DNA of 64,000 nt, taken from assembly GCA_900322215.1 (NCBI GenBank), contig ONYW01000002.1, forward strand, positions 3,164 through 67,163, in the 5' to 3' direction. A program made the translations under genes and the position numbers. Every line of letters starts with the position of its first letter. The stretch's first letter is position 1. The notes beneath the pieces are model-generated. The model was not told the origin of the DNA, ran no database searches, and saw only the letters and a program-made list of their open reading frames with translations. Positions 61,093 through 64,000 of the stretch are shown here, piece by piece. This stretch comes from an uncultured Eubacteriales bacterium. GTDB taxonomy: Bacteria; Bacillota; Clostridia; Christensenellales; CAG-917.

Positions 61093-63270
61093 TTAGATTT
61101 CCACTACAACTTTTCCCCGAGTCAAGTCAAGCGCGCTTGACTTGACTTGCGAGGAGATTATAGTTATTCTCCTCGTCTTGCAATTTGCAAGCGGGGTGAT
61201 TTCAAGCGTCCATCGTCCGTCCGCTTTTTTCAAATCGAAGCGGATAGACGCAAGTTTTTCGCGGTCTTTGTCTTCTCTTTCAAACAGCCTGCCAACAGGA
61301 GTTTCACTCTCTCCGCATTCCTCTTTTTTGCCTGAGTCCTCGCGCTCGTCGTACAGCACGAAACTGTTCTCCGCACCGAGGAAAACCTTGACTTTCAAGT
61401 TTTCAAACGACTGCGAATTGCCTGCGTTTCCGTCTATCATCGGCACGATCGCTCCCGCTTTTGCAAAGACGGGATATTCGGCAAGCGAATAATCTCTCTT
61501 GAAAATAGTGCCGTTTTCATCGCTTGCCACAAATTTTTCGCCTGAGAAAAAGTCGTACCACTCGCCTTTTGGCAGCCATATCTCGTGCCTCGACACCCCG
61601 CCCTTTGACGGCGCGGTTATCGGCGACACAAACAACTGTTCTCCAAAATAGTACTCGTTTCTAAACGCCTTTGCGTGTGCGAGCGGAGAAGCAGAATAAT
61701 AGTAGGCGGGCGAGACAAGCGGGATCCCCTCATACGCCGTGCGTACGTTTGCCGAATAAAGGTATGGCAACAGCGCGTGGCGCAGGCGAAGATACTCCTC
61801 CGCCGTCTTCTCCACGTGCGGATAATTCCACGGCTCTTTGGATATGCCGATGTTTGAGGAATGAAGGCGGTTTATCGGCGAAAACACGCCGTATTCGAGC
61901 CACCTGAGATACAACTCCTCTTTGCCTTTTGAAAACATGTGACCGCCTATGTCGTGCGACCACCACGTATACCCCGCATTCGAGGCGAGCGCGGTGAAAT
62001 ACGGCTGAAAATCGAGGCTTCTCCAACACACGAGCGTATCGCCCGAAAAACCGAGCGGATAGCGGTGTGAGCCGAGCCCGGAATACCGCGACAATATGAG
62101 TCCTCTCTTTCCGTCCCTTGAATTGTCCGCAAAGTGGTAGTGGTTGAGAAGCCACAGCGGATCGAGTCCTTTCACCTTTGACTTCATGCCCTGTTGCCAG
62201 TCTATCCACCAAAAGTCCACGCCGTCTTCCTCGTACGGGTGGTGCAAAATGTCAAAATACGCAGGCAAGAACTTCTTGTCCGTCAGGTCGAATCGGACGG
62301 GCACTTTTGTGGACGGATCCACACCGCAGGCTCTTGCCATATCTTCGTACTGCGTCTCAAAATAGCGCACGCCGTCCTTCGGGTGCAGGTTGAGAGTGAC
62401 AGCGAGTCCCCTCTCTTTCAAACCTCTCAAAAACGCCTTGTAGTCGGGGAACAAACTCTTTTCAAACGTATATCCCGTCCAGCCTGCGCCCTGCATAGTC
62501 TCCTTCGGCACGTCGCGAGGGACGTTTTTTACTATATGCCAGTCCATGTCGACGGTGGCGACGGTGAGCGGAATATTCTTGCTCGCGAACTTGTCTATAA
62601 GGTCAAGATATTCCTTGTCCGTATAGGCGTGGTACCTCGACCACCAGTTGCCAAGCGCGAACTTGGGCAACAGCGGCGTATAGCCCGTGAGGCAATAAAA
62701 CTCTTTGAGTCCCGCAAGATAGTCGTCTCCGAACGCAAAGATATACTTGTCGACGACGCCCTCTTTTCTCGCTTCGACGGAGCCGTCCTCTTTGAGAATA
62801 AAACTCTTGCTGTCGTCCATCTCGGCGACGCCGTCGCTTGCGAATATGCCGCATCTTAGATGCCCTATCGCAAAGTGATCTCTTCCATCCCTTCTTCTTT
62901 TCCAGGAGACGAGGTTGCCGAAAGTGCCGTCGAGCGTCCTTGCCGTACCGCCGAGATTTTCTCTCTTTGACGGGCGCACAAACGCGTCACGGCCTTTCAG
63001 TTTGACCGTGACATCGAGTGACTTAGTGTCAACGACAAATTCCGCTTGTTTTGTCATAACCGTAACTTTATCACCGCTTTTTGACAATTTAAACTGCGGT
63101 TTGCAAAAATTGCGACAAAACACAGTTTGCGTCGCATAGTCGCAAAACACCCCCTCTGCGTCTCTTTCTACGCGCAGGATTTTGTCGGACAAGACGCTCA
63201 ATCTCACGTCGTTTACAACCTCGGTTTGCCCCTCTCGTGCCGGGCACTTGTCTATGGAAAACCTTGCCAT
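61093..63270 (-). CDS. glycoside hydrolase family 31 (alpha-glucosidase/xylosidase-like)
   Basis: The ATG at 63270 lies 6 nt from GAGGT. DFWWIDWQQG, HRYPLGFSGD and WWSHDIGGH motifs are typical of GH31. Confidence 0.8.
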   Translation of the reverse strand: MARFSIDKCPAREGQTEVVNDVRLSVLSDKILRVERDAEGVFCDYATQTVFCRNFCKPQFKLSKSGDKVTVMTKQAEFVVDTKSLDVTVKLKGRDAFVRPSKRENLGGTARTLDGTFGNLVSWKRRRDGRDHFAIGHLRCGIFASDGVAEMDDSKSFILKEDGSVEARKEGVVDKYIFAFGDDYLAGLKEFYCLTGYTPLLPKFALGNWWSRYHAYTDKEYLDLIDKFASKNIPLTVATVDMDWHIVKNVPRDVPKETMQGAGWTGYTFEKSLFPDYKAFLRGLKERGLAVTLNLHPKDGVRYFETQYEDMARACGVDPSTKVPVRFDLTDKKFLPAYFDILHHPYEEDGVDFWWIDWQQGMKSKVKGLDPLWLLNHYHFADNSRDGKRGLILSRYSGLGSHRYPLGFSGDTLVCWRSLDFQPYFTALASNAGYTWWSHDIGGHMFSKGKEELYLRWLEYGVFSPINRLHSSNIGISKEPWNYPHVEKTAEEYLRLRHALLPYLYSANVRTAYEGIPLVSPAYYYSASPLAHAKAFRNEYYFGEQLFVSPITAPSKGGVSRHEIWLPKGEWYDFFSGEKFVASDENGTIFKRDYSLAEYPVFAKAGAIVPMIDGNAGNSQSFENLKVKVFLGAENSFVLYDEREDSGKKEECGESETPVGRLFEREDKDREKLASIRFDLKKADGRWTLEITPLANCKTRRITIISSQVKSSALDLTRGKVVVEI

Positions 63271-63447
63271 ATACACACCTCGAATTTGATGTCTCTATGA
63301 TAACAAATTTGCGCGGTGTTTTCAATACTTTGTGAAAAATCCTTAATTTGACATAAAGCACCGTATCTTATATAATGAAGTTGTAAGGCGCGTATGCAAA
63401 TAAAAACGCGTGCGCTCCGCAAACTATTTTAAGAGGCAAATGAGATT

Positions 63448-64000
63448 ATGAGAGAAGAGACAAAGCAAAAATTGTCGGGGTTAGGAGACAAAATCAACCG
63501 CTTCGTCGAGAGCGACTGGTGGATACTCGTAAACGTAGTGCTGACGTTCGTCGGCTGGATCTCGGGCGGATGGTTCGTCATGCTGCCTATTCTCGTCGTG
63601 GCAAACGTCTTGCCTCTCTTCTTTTTCAAACAAACGAAACACCTGCTCGTGTTTCTCATGACTTTCACTCTCATTATCAGCGACAACCGTCACCACCTTG
63701 ACGACTACGCCTGGATGCTCGCCTTTGTCGCGGTGCTCTTTGCGGGCATAATCTTTTCGCTCATACGCTTCAAACGGGACTTTTCGCTCCTGCACCCTAA
63801 GCGCGTGAAAGGTTTTCATGCCTCTCTCGTCGCGCTTGTCGTGCCTTTTGCGTTTGCCGGCGTGACAAAGCCCGCCGAAAACCCGGTCGCACGTATAGTC
63901 GTGCTCGCACTCGTCATTCTTATCGCCGCGGGCTACACCTTCTTCGTCCTCACGATAACCGACGAAAATGAGAAAAAGGGACTTGCCGAATACGTCGTCA
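63448..64000 (+). CDS. polytopic membrane protein, 5' part (runs off the window end)
   Basis: The frame is open from the ATG at 63448 to the end of the window. The translation MREETKQKLSGLGDKINRFVESDWWILVNVVLTFVGW... has several hydrophobic segments. It is absent from the ORF track because no stop falls inside the window. Confidence 0.55.
   Translation, partial: MREETKQKLSGLGDKINRFVESDWWILVNVVLTFVGWISGGWFVMLPILVVANVLPLFFFKQTKHLLVFLMTFTLIISDNRHHLDDYAWMLAFVAVLFAGIIFSLIRFKRDFSLLHPKRVKGFHASLVALVVPFAFAGVTKPAENPVARIVVLALVILIAAGYTFFVLTITDENEKKGLAEYVV

Overview
The window looks like a Bacillota (Clostridia-like) chromosome segment, dominated by a co-directional minus-strand housekeeping block. That block runs rpoB-rpoC-metK / recD2-comFC / secA / prfB / tsaD, then a complete S10-spc-alpha ribosomal protein cluster (rpsJ to rplQ, including secY, adk, map, infA, rpmJ, rpoA). 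Smaller housekeeping genes flank it (fba, M29 aminopeptidase, K+ channel, ttcA-like, DUF1292 pair, ispDF fusion, rplM-rpsI, GH31 hydrolase). No rRNA, tRNA, CRISPR array, integrase or transposase was seen.

Four things stand out:
1. An accessory block at about 47.3-59.3 kb lies between ispDF and rplM-rpsI. It holds a tightly coupled operon: a lipoprotein with nine MBG-like repeats, a VirD4/TraG-type coupling ATPase, and a secreted protein with a Calx-beta-like module. Around these sit three paralogous hydrophilic proteins with acidic C-terminal tails, an orphan tail-module ORF, and a Doc-like Fic protein. No other T4SS or conjugation gene is present in the window. This is my best candidate for an undescribed system.
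2. Two copies of a roughly 300-nt element show conserved junctions and compensatory hairpin changes, consistent with a structured RNA. They sit upstream of prfB and of an rqcP-like S4-domain gene.
3. A long palindromic hairpin repeat occurs downstream of rplQ and of prfB.
4. A modular family of short dispersed repeats fills most of the larger intergenic regions.

All calls come from reading the ORF translations and the nucleotide sequence by eye. No database search was run.
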